Shown: positions 1 to 13,605 of the stretch, one piece after another | Layout: every line of letters begins with the position of its first letter | Numbering within the stretch: the first letter of the stretch is position 1 | Origin: Sphyrna mokarran | Lineage: Eukaryota | Assembly (NCBI GenBank): GCA_024679065.1 | Contig: JAGIQG010000028.1 | Location: 11,160,001 to 11,224,000, forward strand | DNA: 64,000 nucleotides | Reading direction: 5' to 3' | Position numbers and translations under genes: made by a program | The notes under the pieces: model-generated | Databases searched by the model: none | What the model was told of the DNA's origin: nothing | Seen by the model: only the letters and a program-made list of their open reading frames with translations

Positions 1-667
1 TACTGCTACCTGAAACTGGCATGAACTTGTTGTTGACTGGAGATGGGACAGGAGTCGTTCCTGGTCTGCGAAATCACAATTAATCACTGCTACAAACAAT
101 TTAGCTATCGGGGGCAGTGTTCCAGCTGTTGGCTGAGAGTCAGCACTATACTGTGCATGTGAGGAGGTTTCTATCTTGGGGACAGTGATATGTAACTTTT
201 GCAAAAATAGTGAATAAAACCAGGAGTCAACCTGGAGATATACTTTCCTCTGATAATTTTGTCCCAGCCGCACTGTTCTCAGTCAGTTACTGGTTAGTAC
301 CAAGAATGAGGAACTCCTGATTTTCTTTTGTTACCTCCCCCTAACTCTGGTGCGCTGAAGCTTATTGTAATGCACTACCCTCTTCTCCTTCTGACATTGG
401 CCTAGTGATTAAATCTACAGTTGTTGTGTTAGGCTGGGCACGATATTTAAGTTATTAATCCATGGTCTGAACTTCTCCAGTGCTACCCTATTAAATGTTG
501 AGATGAGCTCTGTCGCATTTTCTGAATCTACTCAAACAATGGATTTGTGATCACGACTGACAGTAGACACAAACTTGTCACTTCATTTGTTAAACAAATA
601 CATCAGGATGGTTGGTTCACACAGTAGCTCAGGACAGTATAGTTTCATAATATGAAGGCACGATACT

Positions 668-1575
668 GCAGGTCTGACAGCATCTGTGGGGAGACAAGAG
701 AGCCAACTTTTCAAGATTGGATGACCCTTCATCAGAGCTAAGAGCAAAAAAAATCAAAAAAGATTTATAAGGGTGAGAGACTTGGGGGGAACTGAAATAT
801 GACAAAGGGAATTTTTTTTTATTCGATTTATTATTACCACATGTATTAGTATATTGTAAAAAGTATTTTTATTGCATGCTTTACAGAGAAGGAAACAAGA
901 GAGTACAGAATATAGCGTCACAGTCATAACTAGGGTATAGAGAAAGATCAACTTAATATAGGTAGGCCCATTCATAAGTCTGATGGCAGCAGGGAAGAAG
1001 CTGTTCTTGATTGGTACATGACCTCAGATTTTTGTATCTTTTTCCCGATGGAAAAAGGCAGAAGAGAAAATGTCTGGAATGCATGTGATCTTTTTGCTGA
1101 GGCAGTGGAAAGTGTAGACAGAATCAATGGATGAGAGGCTGGTTTGCGTGATAGATCAGGCTACATTTACAACCTTTTGTAGTTTTTTTGTGGAACAGGC
1201 ACCATAGCAAGCTGTGATACAACCAGAAAGAATGGTTTCTATGATGCATCTGTAAAAGTTGGCGAAGGCTGAAAGAGGTGCTAAATTTCATTCATCCATT
1301 CCCATGCAAATCCATTCATCCATTTTTTATCATCCTTCTTTTTCACTTCCATTTTTCCACTTCTCCTTGCCCTGACCTCATCCCAGGGTAAATGTTACAA
1401 CCGTCTGTACCTCTATTCTGCCATTCACTTATTCTGACCAGTTAAGGACACTTTTAGCATCTCTCTCAGCCTTCTTCATACTATTTTTATGCTCTTTGCC
1501 ATATTACACCCCCTCCCCACCAACTCTCGTAGTATAAAACTTTTCTGCTCTTAGCTCTGATAAAGAGTCCGAAAT
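668..1575. mobile_element. Palindromic Penelope-derived element, interrupted by a Rex1 fragment
   Basis: Inverted arms (tcagagctaagagcaaaa...aaatatgacaaag versus ctttgccatatt...ttttctgctcttagctctga), each with a CTGATGA..GAAA-like core. Confidence 0.6.
812..1290 (-). mobile_element. Rex1/Babar LINE 3' fragment
   Basis: Reverse complement resembles the 3' end of the long copy at 52080-52600 (ggttgtatcacagcttg, tccattga..ctgt.tacacttt, aataaatc tail). Confidence 0.8.
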
Positions 1576-1830
1576 AAGAAAATGCTGGAAAATTTCAGCA
1601 GATCTGGCAGCATCTGTAAGGAGAGAAAAGAGCTGGAGTTTTGAGACCAGATGATCCTTTGTCAAAGCAAAGGACAAAGCAAAGGAGATTTTCCAGCGTT
1701 TTCTCTTTTGGTTTCTGATTCCAGCATTTACAGTAATTTGCTTGTATCTGACGAAGGGTCATCCAGACATGAAACATTGGCTCTTTTTTCCCTCCATGGA
1801 TGCTGTCAACCTGCTGAATTTTCCAGCAGT
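1576..1830. mobile_element. Short palindromic Penelope-derived repeat with hammerhead-like core
   Basis: aaatgctggaaaatttcagcagatctggcagcatctg is inverted to gatgctgtcaacctgctgaattttccagca; CTGACGA-AGGGTC-atcca-GACAT-GAAAC at 1748-1775. Confidence 0.65.
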
Positions 1831-2857
1831 TACAGTATAGTTTCACTCAGCCGAAATTAACATGGTGCTAAGTGTAATTCTTTTGGGCAGTCTGAATCCA
1901 TTTTCTCCCCAGCGCTAATTCACCCACTGCTTGAGTCTGAAATTGACAGTCTTGCTCAGAAAGACCATAAGGGTGATTGCTTGAGGAGATGGAAATAACA
2001 TATTGTCTCAGTGAGGGATGACCTTTAGTTGGCACAATGCAGAGTGTGGTATACCTTTGAGATTATCCGGGAGCTGTGTAGAGATCTCACTGCTTAATTC
2101 TATTTCAGGATGTAGATCTGATTATTTAATACTGTGACAAATTTTTCGATGTTTGGGTACACTGAAAGGCCCATCCCCACATCTTAACATTAATGAATAT
2201 ACTGTTTGAAATTAGAAATAAAAACAGAAAATGTTCATCAGCTTAAGGACTGGGACATTTTATTGGGCAGAGCCCCTTCATTCAGATGAAGGGTGGGTCA
2301 GTGTTGCACACTGTGGAGAAAAATGTCACTCACAGTGCGACTAATTATTGGATAGAAGGTGGGTTTTCCATCCAATTAAAGACAGCAACCAGAAGTTGGT
2401 GGACAAATCAGAAGCCTTTCAACTTGAAAGGAGCAGCAGGCTGGCATGGAGGCTAAGTAAGGAAGAGAATACTTTGAAAACGAGATCCCCTGCTCCCCCA
2501 CATTTTTTAAATTTAAGCCAAAAAGTAACTTTTGGAGCCTGGCCGTTCTTGTAGGGCTAGGAGATACAGGATGGCCTGTGGCTGCTGCCACCTAAAGTGG
2601 CAAAGGGGTCTATAGGTGCTATGCTGGTCCCCTGCTCGGTTGTCAGCAGGCCAGTTCTAGGCAGTTAAGTTGGCCTGAGTGGAGGCATGGAGGCCAACCT
2701 GAAAATCCTGCTGGCCTCCAAGATACATTGCTGGTCTCTCACCACTACACTGCCACCAACAACCCCCCCTCCCCCCCCTCAATTGTGGCCCCTGATCCCC
2801 GTTCAGCAGCCTCAACCCCTCATCAGCAGGTCCGATCCCCAACCATCAACCTACACT

Positions 2858-3089
2858 TCCCATAGGGTTTTCTCCAGGTGCTCCAGTTTCCTCCCACATC
2901 CCAAAGATGTGCTCTTAGGCTAATTGGCAAAACAAATTCTCTCTAAATTGTCTCAAATTTGGTTTTTAATTCATAGATCTATAAACATAGAGAGGGATCA
3001 CAGGTAGAGGTGGGAACATCAGGGTGGCGGCGCAGGCTCGTTGGGCCAAAGGGCCTGTTTCCCATGCTGTTTTGTTCTTTGTTCTTAGA
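2858..3089 (+). mobile_element. 5'-truncated V-SINE with CR1-type tail
   Basis: V-domain gggttttctccaggtgctccagtttcctcccacatcccaaagatgtg; tail ggctcgttgggccaaagggcctgtttcccatgctg followed by gttcttt repeats. Confidence 0.8.
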
Positions 3090-3601
3090 GTTCCACCCTT
3101 CCCTTCCCTTCAACTGACCTCCTCTCTTTCCCCTTCTGCTCCCGTCAGACCCTGCCCTTTGGCATTGCCCAGTGCAGAGTGGGTATCTGTGCTCCTTTTT
3201 CCTGTCACTGCAGCAATGGCCTGGAAGAAGGATGGAGCCAGAAAACTGGAAGGCAGACCAGATGTGCTGACTTCAACATCAGTCCTCCTCCGAAATGTGC
3301 GTTGGTGGGGCTGAAAGGTCAGTGCCCACGTAAAGCACTGTGTAGTCAGTTGTAGTACTCCACAAGATCCCTGAGCCTCAATGTCAGAAGAGCAATCCAC
3401 TGCAGTATTTATTTAATTCCCTACACCAACTGTCAATAATCTTCTCTGAATGGCTGCGAGTATGGAGCTGAATTGCGGCTGGCCAAACATATTTCACATT
3501 AGTACCTTCCACCTGACAAACAGAAAAGACTTTGGGCCAGATTTTCACAAACCTTGAAAAATGGCAGGGTGGGAGTGCTGTCCCCACTTCGGACAGATCA
3601 T

Positions 3602-4245
3602 GGGTGGGATTTTTCTGCAGCGCTGCACTAATTCAGTAGTGTAGTAGAGTGAGAATTACGAACGAGAGATGAAACATTGGGCTTGAGCCAGGTTTCTCGC
3701 CTCTCCCAATGTTGTTTGCCCCATTTTCCCAGCATAATCCTGAGCACAAGGCTGATTTAAATATTACTGACATTATTTTAATATCATTAGTGAGCCCAGG
3801 ACATTACAGTCCGGGCTCATTTAGCTTTCTGATCTTGCCAGTGAGATCACAGATGGTCCCACCAACGCAAACCAGATGTGATGGCCTCACCGGTTGGACT
3901 GGAGAATATTCAAGCTCCTTGGTTGGTCAGGGGCAAGGGTGCAGAGTGCCCTTGCTGGGACCTAGCAGTGCCAACCTTGCACTGGGCATTGCCAAGGGGG
4001 CAAGGCCTGACAAAGTGGGGTCTGAAGAGAGCCAGTTGATCATAGGGGAGGTCAGTAGGAGGAGAGGAAAGGGAGAAATTTAAATCCAGGAGTGGGGGCT
4101 AGTGGTCGAAGATTGGAGCTGCCAGCGACAAGTTGAGGCTTATGATCGGGAGTCAGGGTTTGGGGTTGCAATTGGGGGGCCTGGTGAGAGACCAGCAATA
4201 TGGCGGGGGGTGGGAAGCGGGGAATAGCCACGTGCATTGAGGCAA
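3602..4245. mobile_element. GC-rich non-autonomous DNA element (Harbinger-like), partial
   Basis: gggtgggattttt terminus and internal GGCANTGCC motifs shared with 23281-24313 and 58805-60650. Confidence 0.5.
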
Positions 4246-4261
4246 CTGTACAAAGAACCAG

Positions 4262-4783
4262 ATGTCCCTCAAAAGTCACTATTGTAACTGCTTCCACTAT
4301 CTCCCCCGGCAGCGAATCCCAGGCACCCAGCACCCTCTGTGTAAGAAAAAAAACCTGCGTCCATCTCCTTTAAACCTTGACGTTTTCATCTTAAACCTAT
4401 GGCCCCCAGTAATTGACTCTTTCATCCTTGGAAAAAGCTTCTGACTATCCACGCTGTCCATGCCTCTTATAATCCCATAGACTTCTATCAGGTTGCTCCT
4501 CAGCCTCTGTCATTCCAGTGAGAAGAAACAAAATTTGTCCAACTTCTCCTCATAGCTAATACCCTCCATACCAGACAGCATTCTGATAAATCTTTTCTGT
4601 ACCCTCTCCAAAGCCTCCACATCTTTCTGATAGTGTGTTGACCAGAATTGAACACTATATTCCAAGAGTGGCCTAATTAAGGTTGTATAAAGCTGCAACA
4701 TGACTTGCAAATTTTTAAACTTAGTGTCCTGGCCGATGCAGGCAGGCATGCCTTGTGCCTTTATGACAACCTTCTCCACCTTT
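4262..4783 (-). mobile_element. CR1-clade LINE ORF2 C-terminal fragment
   Basis: ORF 4510-4806: LYTTLIRPLLEYSVQFWS..ALERVQKRFIRM, the typical CR1 ORF2 end. Confidence 0.9.
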
Positions 4784-5052
4784 GTTGATGGATTTGCGGA
4801 CAGCAATGAGGGCCATCAGAGGATACAGCAGGATATAGATCAGTTGGAGATTTGGGTGGAGAGATGGCAGATAGAGTTTAATCTGGACAAATGTGAAGTA
4901 ATGCATTTTGGAAGGTCTAATACAGATAGGAAATATACAGTAAATGGCAGAACCCTTAAGAGTATTGATTGGTAGAGAGATCTGGGTGTACAAGTACATA
5001 GGTCAGTGTTAGTGGCAACGCAGATGAAGAAGGTAGTCAAGAAGGCATAAGG
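4784..5052 (+). mobile_element. CR1-clade LINE RT fragment, inverted relative to its neighbour
   Basis: QQDIDQLEIWVERWQIEFNLDKCEVMHFGRSN..RDLGVQVH. Confidence 0.9.
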
Positions 5053-5325
5053 CAGAGAGAGTGCAGAATGTAGTGTTACAGTCATAGGGTGTGGAGAAAG
5101 ATCAACTTAATGCAGGGTAGGTCCATTCAGTGGAACAGAGAATGACTGAGGTGTGTGGGATCCTTAATGCTGACTGATTTTCCGAGGCAGTGGGAACTGT
5201 AGACAGAGTCAGTGGATGGGAGGCTGGTTTGCAGATGGGCTGGGCTTCATTCACGACCCTTTGTAGTTTCTTGCACCTTGGGCAGAGCAGGAACCATGAT
5301 GCAAGCTGAAAGAATGCTTCCAATA
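5053..5325 (-). mobile_element. Rex1/Babar LINE 3' fragment
   Basis: Resembles 52130-52500 and 900-1250 (KLQRVVNEAQ-like end of ORF). Confidence 0.75.
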
Positions 5326-6317
5326 TATAGCTGTATTGTCCCCCAAAGTCTTACCACTGAGCTATCTGACTAAAGATTATGTTGAAAGGGGCTTAAAAAA
5401 AATGCTGGAATTTGAAAACTTTCCCAGTGCGTTATTTTGGATCAGTTCTTCAGATTCATGGCTTTTCCATTTTCTTATGACAGCACTGCATCAACTTTTC
5501 CACATGCTTACCCCATGGAATTTTTAAGAAGAATTTGGGCTGCAATGAGAAAAGAATTGCTCTGAGATTTGAGTTTCTTTTAAATACGTTTTAAAATTAT
5601 GTTTAAAAAAGCTGACCTTGAGAATAGTCTTTCAGCCATTGAAACTTATCCCACTGGTACCTTAATTCTTCCCATTTAGAATTCAGTTAATTTCAAGCTG
5701 CCCTGGTGTTTTTGTTTCTACTGTTCTGCCCTGTAGATTATTCCTAGATGTTTATCATCTTTTTGTGTATAGAAGTGTGGGTTTTAAACATTAACTCTGT
5801 AAATATTTCCCCATCTAGTCTTTATCTGGTGTTAAGAGTGCTGACATTGTCACATTTTTATCATCCCAAACTTGCCTTGCTTCTGCTTTGTAATTTGTTT
5901 TACACAAGTTTTTTTGTATTTTGTGTTTTGTGTGCAGGGGAATGCTGCTCAGCCTGATGTTGCATGACAAACTTAAAAGAAAATCCAAAATGTTATTAAA
6001 GTAACAAATTAACTACAAAAATAGCCTCCAATCTGTTCCAAATGGATTGGATAGTCAATACTCCTAGACTGAAGGCAACTTAGGGAATTGTGTTCTGTTC
6101 CGTAGCCGATATCTTTTTAGTTTACTCAGTGATACTGAAAGAGCTAATATTACAGCAAATTGGAAAAGCCACTTGTGATAGAAATTTATTCATTTAATAT
6201 TAGCCCTGCAGTGCAGAAGTGATGAGTAAACAAATTAAAATAATTTGCTCACCCCATCTTCATTTTTTTCCCTGTTCTTTTGATTGTATATTTCAATTTT
6301 CTGAAGAAGTGAAAAAA

Positions 6318-6528
6318 AGTTTAAGGTTTATTTATCAGTCACAAGTAGGCTTATATTCAGTGTGAAAATCCCCTAGCCACCACAGTCTGGCACCTTTTCG
6401 GGCACACTGACGGAGAATTTTACATGGCCAAATCACCTAGCCTGCGTGTTTTTGAACTGTAGGAGGAAACTGAAGCACCCAGAAGAAACCCATGCAGATA
6501 CAGGGAGAATGTGTAAACTGCACTCAGA
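6318..6528 (-). mobile_element. V-SINE 3' part; its 5' part is at 8471-8550 (split by a CR1 insertion)
   Basis: tttatttatcagtcacaagtaggc tail and V-domain; continues after the LINE as cagacagtgactc...ttgaacccgggtccc...gtgaggcagcagtgcta. Confidence 0.8.
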
Positions 6529-8470
6529 AACTCGGGATGTTGAAGCTCTGGTTAAGAAGAAGAAGGAGGCACGTGACATGCATGGATAGCTGGGATCAAG
6601 TGGATTCCTTGGGTATAGAGGATGTAGGAATAGAGATAAGCGAGAAATCAGGGGGCAAAAAGGGGACACAAGATTGTTTTGGCACATAAGGCAAAGGAGA
6701 ATCCAAGAAGCTTCTACAACTACATAAAGGGCAAAAATATAATTGGGAGAGAATAGGACCTCTTAAGGATCAACAAAGTCATCTATGTGCAGATTCATAA
6801 AAGATGGGTGAGATCCTGAATGAATTTTTCTCATCAGTATTCACTGTTAAGAAAAGCATGGATGATAGGGAACTTGGGGAAATAAGTAGTGATGTTTTGA
6901 GGGGTGTACATGTAACAGATAGGCGCATCAAGGTAGATAAATCCACAGGATCTGATGAACTGTATCCCAGAACATTGCGGGAGGCGAGGGAGGAAATTGT
7001 GGATATCCTAGCAGAGATATTTGAATCATCAATAGTCACAGGTGAGATAGCTGAAGATTGGAAGGTAGCAAATGTTGTGCCTTCATTTAAGAGGGGCTGC
7101 AGGGAAAAGCCTGGGAACTACAGGCCCCTGAGCCTCACATCTGTGTGTGAGTAAGTTGTTAGGAGGTATTTTGAGAGACAGGATCTACAGGCGTTTAGAG
7201 ATGCAAGGAATGATGAGGGACAATCAGCATCGCTTTGTGAGTGGAAAATCATGTCTCTTAAATTTAATTGAGTTTTTTGAAGGGGTGACCAAGAAGGTAG
7301 ATGAGGGCAATGCAGTTAATGTTGTTTACATGGACTTTACAAGGTCTTTGACAAGGTACATGGTAGGTTGTTGCATAAGGTTAAATCTCACGGGATCCAG
7401 GGTGAGGTAGCCAAATGAATACTGGCCTAATGACAGAAAACAAAGGGAGTTTGTAGAGGGTTTTTCAAACTGGAGGCCTGGGGTGCCTCAAGGATCAATG
7501 CTGGGTCTACTGTTATTTGTCATTTATATTAATAATTTGGATGAAAATATGGGAGGCATGATTAGTAAGTTTGCAGATATCATCAAGATTGATGGTATAG
7601 TGGACAGTGAAGAAGGTTATCGAGGATTGCAATGGTTCCTGATCAATTGGGCTAGTGGGTTGACGAAAGTTTAATTTAGATGGAGTTTAATTTAGATAAA
7701 TGTGAGGTGATGCGTTTTGGAACATTGAACCACAGCAGGGCCTCCTCAGTTAAAGGTACGGCATTAGGAAAAGTTGCAAAACAAAGAGATCTAGGAACTA
7801 CAGTTTCGTAACTGGAGTCACAGGTAGACAGAGTGATGATGAAGGCATTTGGCATACTTGGTTTCATTAGTCAAAATATTGAATGCAGGAATTGGACGTC
7901 TTGTTTAAGTTGTACAAGACATTGGTAAGGCCACACTTGGAATATTGTTCATCCTGGTCACCCTATTATAGAAAAGATATTAAACTAGAAAGAGTACAGA
8001 AAAAATTTACTAGGATGCTATCGGGACTTGATGGATTGAGTTATAAGGAAAGGCTGAATAGACTAGGACATTTTCTCTGGAACTCAGGAAACTGAGGTGT
8101 CATCTTATAGAGGACTTTAAAATAAGGGACATAGATCAGCGAGATAGTCAATATCTTTTCCCAAAGGTAGGAGAGTCTAAAACTAGAGCTTATAGGTTTA
8201 AAGTGAGAGAGCAGAGATACAGAAGTGTCCAGCGGGGCAATTTTTTCACAGTGAGGGTGATGAATGCCTGGAACAAGCTGCCAGAGATGATAGTAGAAGC
8301 AGGTACAACTTTAACTTTGAAAAACATTTAGATGGTTACATGGGTGAGATGGGTATAGAAGGATATGGGCCAAACTCATGCAATTGGGCCTAGCTTAAGG
8401 GTTTAAAAAAGAGGACAGCATGGACAAGTTGGGCCTAAGGGCCTGTCTCTATGCTGTAAATCTCTATGAC
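6529..8470 (+). mobile_element. CR1/HER1-type LINE, 5'-truncated, ~1.9 kb, degenerate RT
   Basis: [44 protein letters not shown] and LYKTLVRPHLEY in shifted frames; 3' tail gggcctgtctctatgctgtaaatctctatgac. Confidence 0.95.
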
Positions 8471-9289
8471 TCCAAACAGACAGTGACTCAAGCTGGGAAT
8501 TGAACCCGGGTCCCTGATACTGTGAGGCAGCAGTGCTAATCACTGTGTCATCATCTTCCACTGCCTTACAGATCTTGCAATCTACTTTGAAGGTGGGCTG
8601 TACTTGCCCCACTGTGGCTGATAACTGGCTCCATCGTAGATTGTTTAGCCAATGAAGACTAAGATCTTTGAGCATGAATACACTTGTCTCATTGCCATGA
8701 CCAAATTCATCTCCGACACAAATTTTTAGCATTTGTTTAAGCCCAAGTCTAAACAGATTACCTCTCTTTGAGAAAATCAGTTACCTGGCCCCACAAAAGC
8801 TAATGAATTAAACTCAATCACATTGTTTTGCTTCCTCATGGGAAGCCTGTCAGATCAATGCTTCTTGAAGTCAGGTCCAAACTCCCTGCAAAATCAATTT
8901 TGATGGACTGGATGCAGTGTCCTGATGGCCAAAAAATGTCTTCCCCATCAGGTCCTATTCTCTCAATTTTCAAAAGGCCAACATTCCAGGGGAGAAAACA
9001 CTTAAGGAGTAAATACAACAGTATTGACCTTAATGAGTGGGATGAGATTGTTACCAATCATTCAGAATAGTGACAACTTGTCCATCAAACTGCATCACAC
9101 TTTGCATGCTAATACCTTAACGATAAGGCATAGCAACAACATAGAAGGAAAGAGAAGGAATCAAATCCAGTACTCTGGATCTCTGCTGATTAGGAATCAG
9201 TCTTTTCCTTAACATGATGATCAATGGCAGAAACATGCGATCCTGAATAGACGTCATCCTCAAATCAAGCGACAGCCGATGACAAGGGT

Positions 9290-9632
9290 AACATGGTGGC
9301 ATGGTAGTCAGAACTGCTGCCTCACAGCACCAGGAACCTGGTGTTCAGTTCGGCCTTGGTTGTTCGCACTTTCTCCCCATATCTCTGTGGGTTTCCTCCA
9401 GGTGCTCCGGTTTCTTCCCAAAGTCCAAAGATATGCAGCTTTGCAGATCGGCCATGCTAAATTGCCACTTATTCCAAAGGTATGTCATGGTAATTAGCCA
9501 TGACATTAGCCATGGTAAACATAGGGGTAGGCTAAAGGAGACAACGTGGGTTGAATGCTGTTTTGGACAGTCACTGTAAACTCAATGGGCTGCACATCCT
9601 CTTTCTGCACTGTAGGGATTTCATTGTTCTAT
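9290..9632 (+). mobile_element. HE1-like V-SINE
   Basis: tRNA-like head (gctgcctcacagcaccagg..gttcag), V-domain and CR1-like tail gcactgtagggatt. Confidence 0.8.
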
Positions 9633-10998
9633 TGTTCCTGCATTTAATCAATGAAGATCAATGGGCTCTGATTAAATGTAATTCTGAGGCACTGAGAGTC
9701 TTTTGGTGGAAATGAATAGAAAGTAAGCCTAATATTGGAAGGTTGAAAGAAAATTACTTCCACTTGCTTACTGAGTAATAAACTATCCTTTCTGGAAGGG
9801 CCAGAGGAGCAATTTCTATAGAGTTTAGTTTCTATATTTGATTTGCTCTTTCTGCTTTCTGAACAGCTTTAGCTACATTGGTAAGGACTGCTTCAAAAGG
9901 AACAAACTGATACCAGTAAAAACCTTTGCTTGTATAGTTAGTAGTATAAATTTAGAATAACATACAGTCTGCAGTATTGCAAGCCAATAGTGCAACAAGT
10001 TAAAAGAGAAATTGTAAATGCTGGAGATTTTGAAGTAAAAATAGAAAAGGGCAAGAATACATGGCAGTTTGGCAGGTCCTATCCAAAATTTTAACCTGCC
10101 TATTTTATTTCAGAATCTGATGGAGCTGCACAGCAGTCAAACATTTTCTGTTGCACTATGTTGGTAATTGAGCAATTGAGGTAGTTTTATGAATTGGAGA
10201 GTAACGAATGCTATTCTTTAATATACACAAACCATTGTTTGGTATTTTTGTTTTATTTCAGTTCGTACATCCTCATGGATAACAATGGTTAGGTAACATA
10301 GTAGCCTAAGATTTGATAAGTAATACTGCATGTAATGTGACCAACCGTGACTGATTTAACTTTTTATCATCGTGTTTTGGGGAACTGCACATCACTGGCC
10401 TTTCATCTCTTGGACTTGGGTTCAAATGCAGTCCAGACAATGAAATGGCAGACTCATCTTGTCTGTTGGCCCAAGGAACCAAAGTGCAATGAGCTTGGGT
10501 AGTTTCTGTCCATACTAGCCACTGGAATGATAATCTCTAACTAGCACTCTCTCAGGATGAGGCACATTGATGGGATAGAGTAGAAGAAACTTTACTCCAC
10601 TGAGCCATGTACAATCTGACTTGAGAATGCTTGATGTTGAAACTGGCTGCCTGAAATGGCAATTGTACCATACCTCAGCACCAACGTACAACAGATAAGT
10701 GAATATTGCGTGTTGTTATTTAAACATTGTTCTGTGGGAAAATAACAACAACAATGCAAAGACAATCCTGCATTCTCCTTCATCATATTAATATTTTTAT
10801 ACATCAATGTGGAAAAAATTTGCTTTTAACTTTTGAGTGTTTAAAATTTACAGTAATGTTCAGTGCAAGGTTCTAAAGACTTCAAAGGAGGGAACAAGAA
10901 TGATAATTTCTTTAAGTAATGTAATGGCATTATGATCAGTTGAAAACATTGATACTGTTGAAGACTAAGAAGTGCAGTTTTTGTGATTCAAGAAGCTG

Positions 10999-11012
10999 GT
11001 TGCCATGGCAAT
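10999..11012. promoter_or_regulatory. Candidate RFX X-box
   Basis: GTTGCCATGGCAAT, one base from the palindromic consensus GTTGCCATGGCAAC, in sequence with no repeat I recognise. Confidence 0.3.
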
Positions 11013-12084
11013 CAGCTCATTATCGGGCAGTCCCTTTTTTTTTAATTATACAGCTTCAGGCAGTGATTAGAAAATAATCTCTGAAGGAGCGAATTAATTT
11101 ACAGTTCTAAAATTAGAATGTTTTTGTTGCCAATAATTGCAGCCCTGGAAGTTGAGGCCTCAAGTTTCATGAAAGTATCAGAATCTCCCATGGCGATTTT
11201 GTGTTTCAGTTCTGCCATAGATTGACTAACTATCGTTTCTTTTACAATAAATAGATGGCATGGTGGCCCAGTGGTTAGCGCTGCTGCCTCACAGAATCAG
11301 GGCTCAATTCCCAGCGTGGAATTTTGTCTCAAGCCTAATTACTCGTCTCAACTACCTTCTCGAGGCTAACTAGGGATGGGCAATAAATGCTGGCCAGCCC
11401 ATGTCCCATGAATGAATAAAAAAATCTGTCTTAGATCTCTTAGTTGTCTTTGTTTTAATGAGAAAACAAGTGAGTCAAATGAAGCTGTTGTCAATAACTT
11501 ATTAATTATATTGTTAAGGTTTGTCAGCATCAATTACATTATGCTTTGTTAATGCCAATTATATTGTTGAGGAAAACAGGTGATGGGTATTTGAACACAC
11601 ACAAGTAGGGAATAGCTGGGACATTGGGTGTGGGTGTAGAGTGCTGATAGTGGATAAAGTCCACAAACACCTCAGTAAGGAAAAACTCTTGGCAGGAATT
11701 AAGGATGGTCAATAAATACTGGCCCAGTCAGTGACACCTGCATCCCAAGAATTTTGAAAAATTACTTTTGATGGGACCAAAATATTTGTAGTATGGCCTG
11801 CCTATAGTGACTGAACTAGAGAGTAGTTCAGTTTCTATAATGCTCAATAATCATTCTGAGAGACAAGGTAAGTGCATTGTATAAGTGCAATTTCTTTCTA
11901 AGCACTGTGTGTGTCTCTCTTCTGCCTCTACCCTCCATTAAGGTTTTTATTGCAGGCACTCTGTTTTTAGGAACCAATACGAATTCTTTCATCTTTCTTG
12001 GTCCTTTTGAAATGTCATGTAGCTACTACTTACGGAGATGGTAACACACGCATGCTCTGAGACAGACTTCTCTCATCACTCTTT

Positions 12085-12480
12085 TTATATTCATTCTCAG
12101 GCTGTGGGCATTGCTGATAAAGTCAGCATTTTTTGTCCATGCTTAACAAACCAGTGGCTTGCTGTGTGATATCAGAGCCAACCCCAATAGTGTATGAGTT
12201 AGTCATGAGGTCATTATGGCACAGCAAGAGGCCAATTGGCCCATCTACTCTATGATTCACACATAGGTAAGACCTTTTAAAGGCTGGTAGGCTTTTCCAA
12301 AAAGATTTTAACAAAACCATTAAACTTCTCTGAAAATCCACCAGTTTCATGGCCGTGTTCTTTGACATCAGTTTTATATTTCGGCATTGCTCAGCTGACT
12401 TCAAATTCTCAAGCCGCCAAGGTGGAATTTGAACTCCAATTCTCAGACTTAGTAGTCTACGTACGTAACCACTATAATAT
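12085..12480 (-). mobile_element. Old tRNA-derived SINE with LINE-type tail (family also at 27165-27550, 35340-35690, 57100-57335)
   Basis: Shared tattc.ttc..g.tgtgggcat.gctg..aaag.ca.cattt tail, ggccatttcaga..gcagtt.agagtca.cc body and atttgaac B-box on the - strand. Confidence 0.55.
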
Positions 12481-13332
12481 TAAACCTGATTAACACTACT
12501 CCATTTGAATACCATTGCAATTTTCACATTGTTACTGACCAACAATGCTAGATTAAACCTCTGTTGAACTCTGCAATTATATATTTTGCAAACCTCATCA
12601 GAGAACTGAAGGAACATGTCCAAGCTTCAGAGACTTAAGTTTTGTTAAACAAAAATATTCTTCTATAAACAATTGAAAACATAGTTTCCAACCATCATGC
12701 CAAGTTCATGATAGCCCTTTGACAGCTCGTGACTTTCCCACTGATGGCCTCCAGTACGGATTTTTTTTCCCAGTTTTACCATTAACCTGCCTCTTCTCCA
12801 AAAGCCATAAATATGTGGAAATCTGAATGGAATACTGAAGGTTACTGTGAATAACAAAACTAAAACAGGAAAACAATATGTACACGCGAAAAGATAAACA
12901 GAGAACAGTTAAATCGTCTAATTTCCCTAACCAAGTGGTGGGTCAAAATTCTGGAACTCCCTACATATCTGCAGTATGGGAGTACCTTCACCACAATGTC
13001 TGCAGCAATTCAAAAAGTGGCTTACCACTGCTTCTCAGGGGCAATTATGGATGGGGTAACTAATGACAGCCTTGCTAGCAATTCCCACAGCTCAAGAATC
13101 ATAACATTGCTATTGAATGATATTGATCAGAATGTCCCAGGTTGTGATTTTGTTTTTCTCAACCAGAGCAGTCTCTGTGAAGCTACAGTCAATCACTACA
13201 TTTCCCTGGATATCGCAGAAGGAATTGCCAGTGTTACTTCTCATTGCTATTGAATTCATGCTGCTGAGAACTGAGTATGTGAATGGATGTCAGGGGAAGA
13301 CAATATTAGCACTGACTTGGATGAGTTTACGT

Positions 13333-13605
13333 CATAGAATCCCTACAATGCAGAAAGAGGTCATTTGGCCCATTTAGTCTTCACCTACTCACTGACAGAG
13401 CATCTTAGCCATGCTTTACCTCGTAACCTTATGTATTTACCCTGCTAATCCCGCTATCCTACACATCTTGGGACACTGAGGGGTAATTTAGCATGGCCAA
13501 TCAGCCCAACCTTCAGATTGTGGAGGGAAACCAGAGCACCGGGAAGAAACCCACACAAACTTGGAGAATCTGCAAACTCTGTATGGACTAACCACTGTGC
13601 CACCC
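13333..13605 (-). mobile_element. HE1-like V-SINE
   Basis: catagaatccctacaatgcag..tttagcatggccaatc..ggaaaccagagcacc. Confidence 0.85.
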
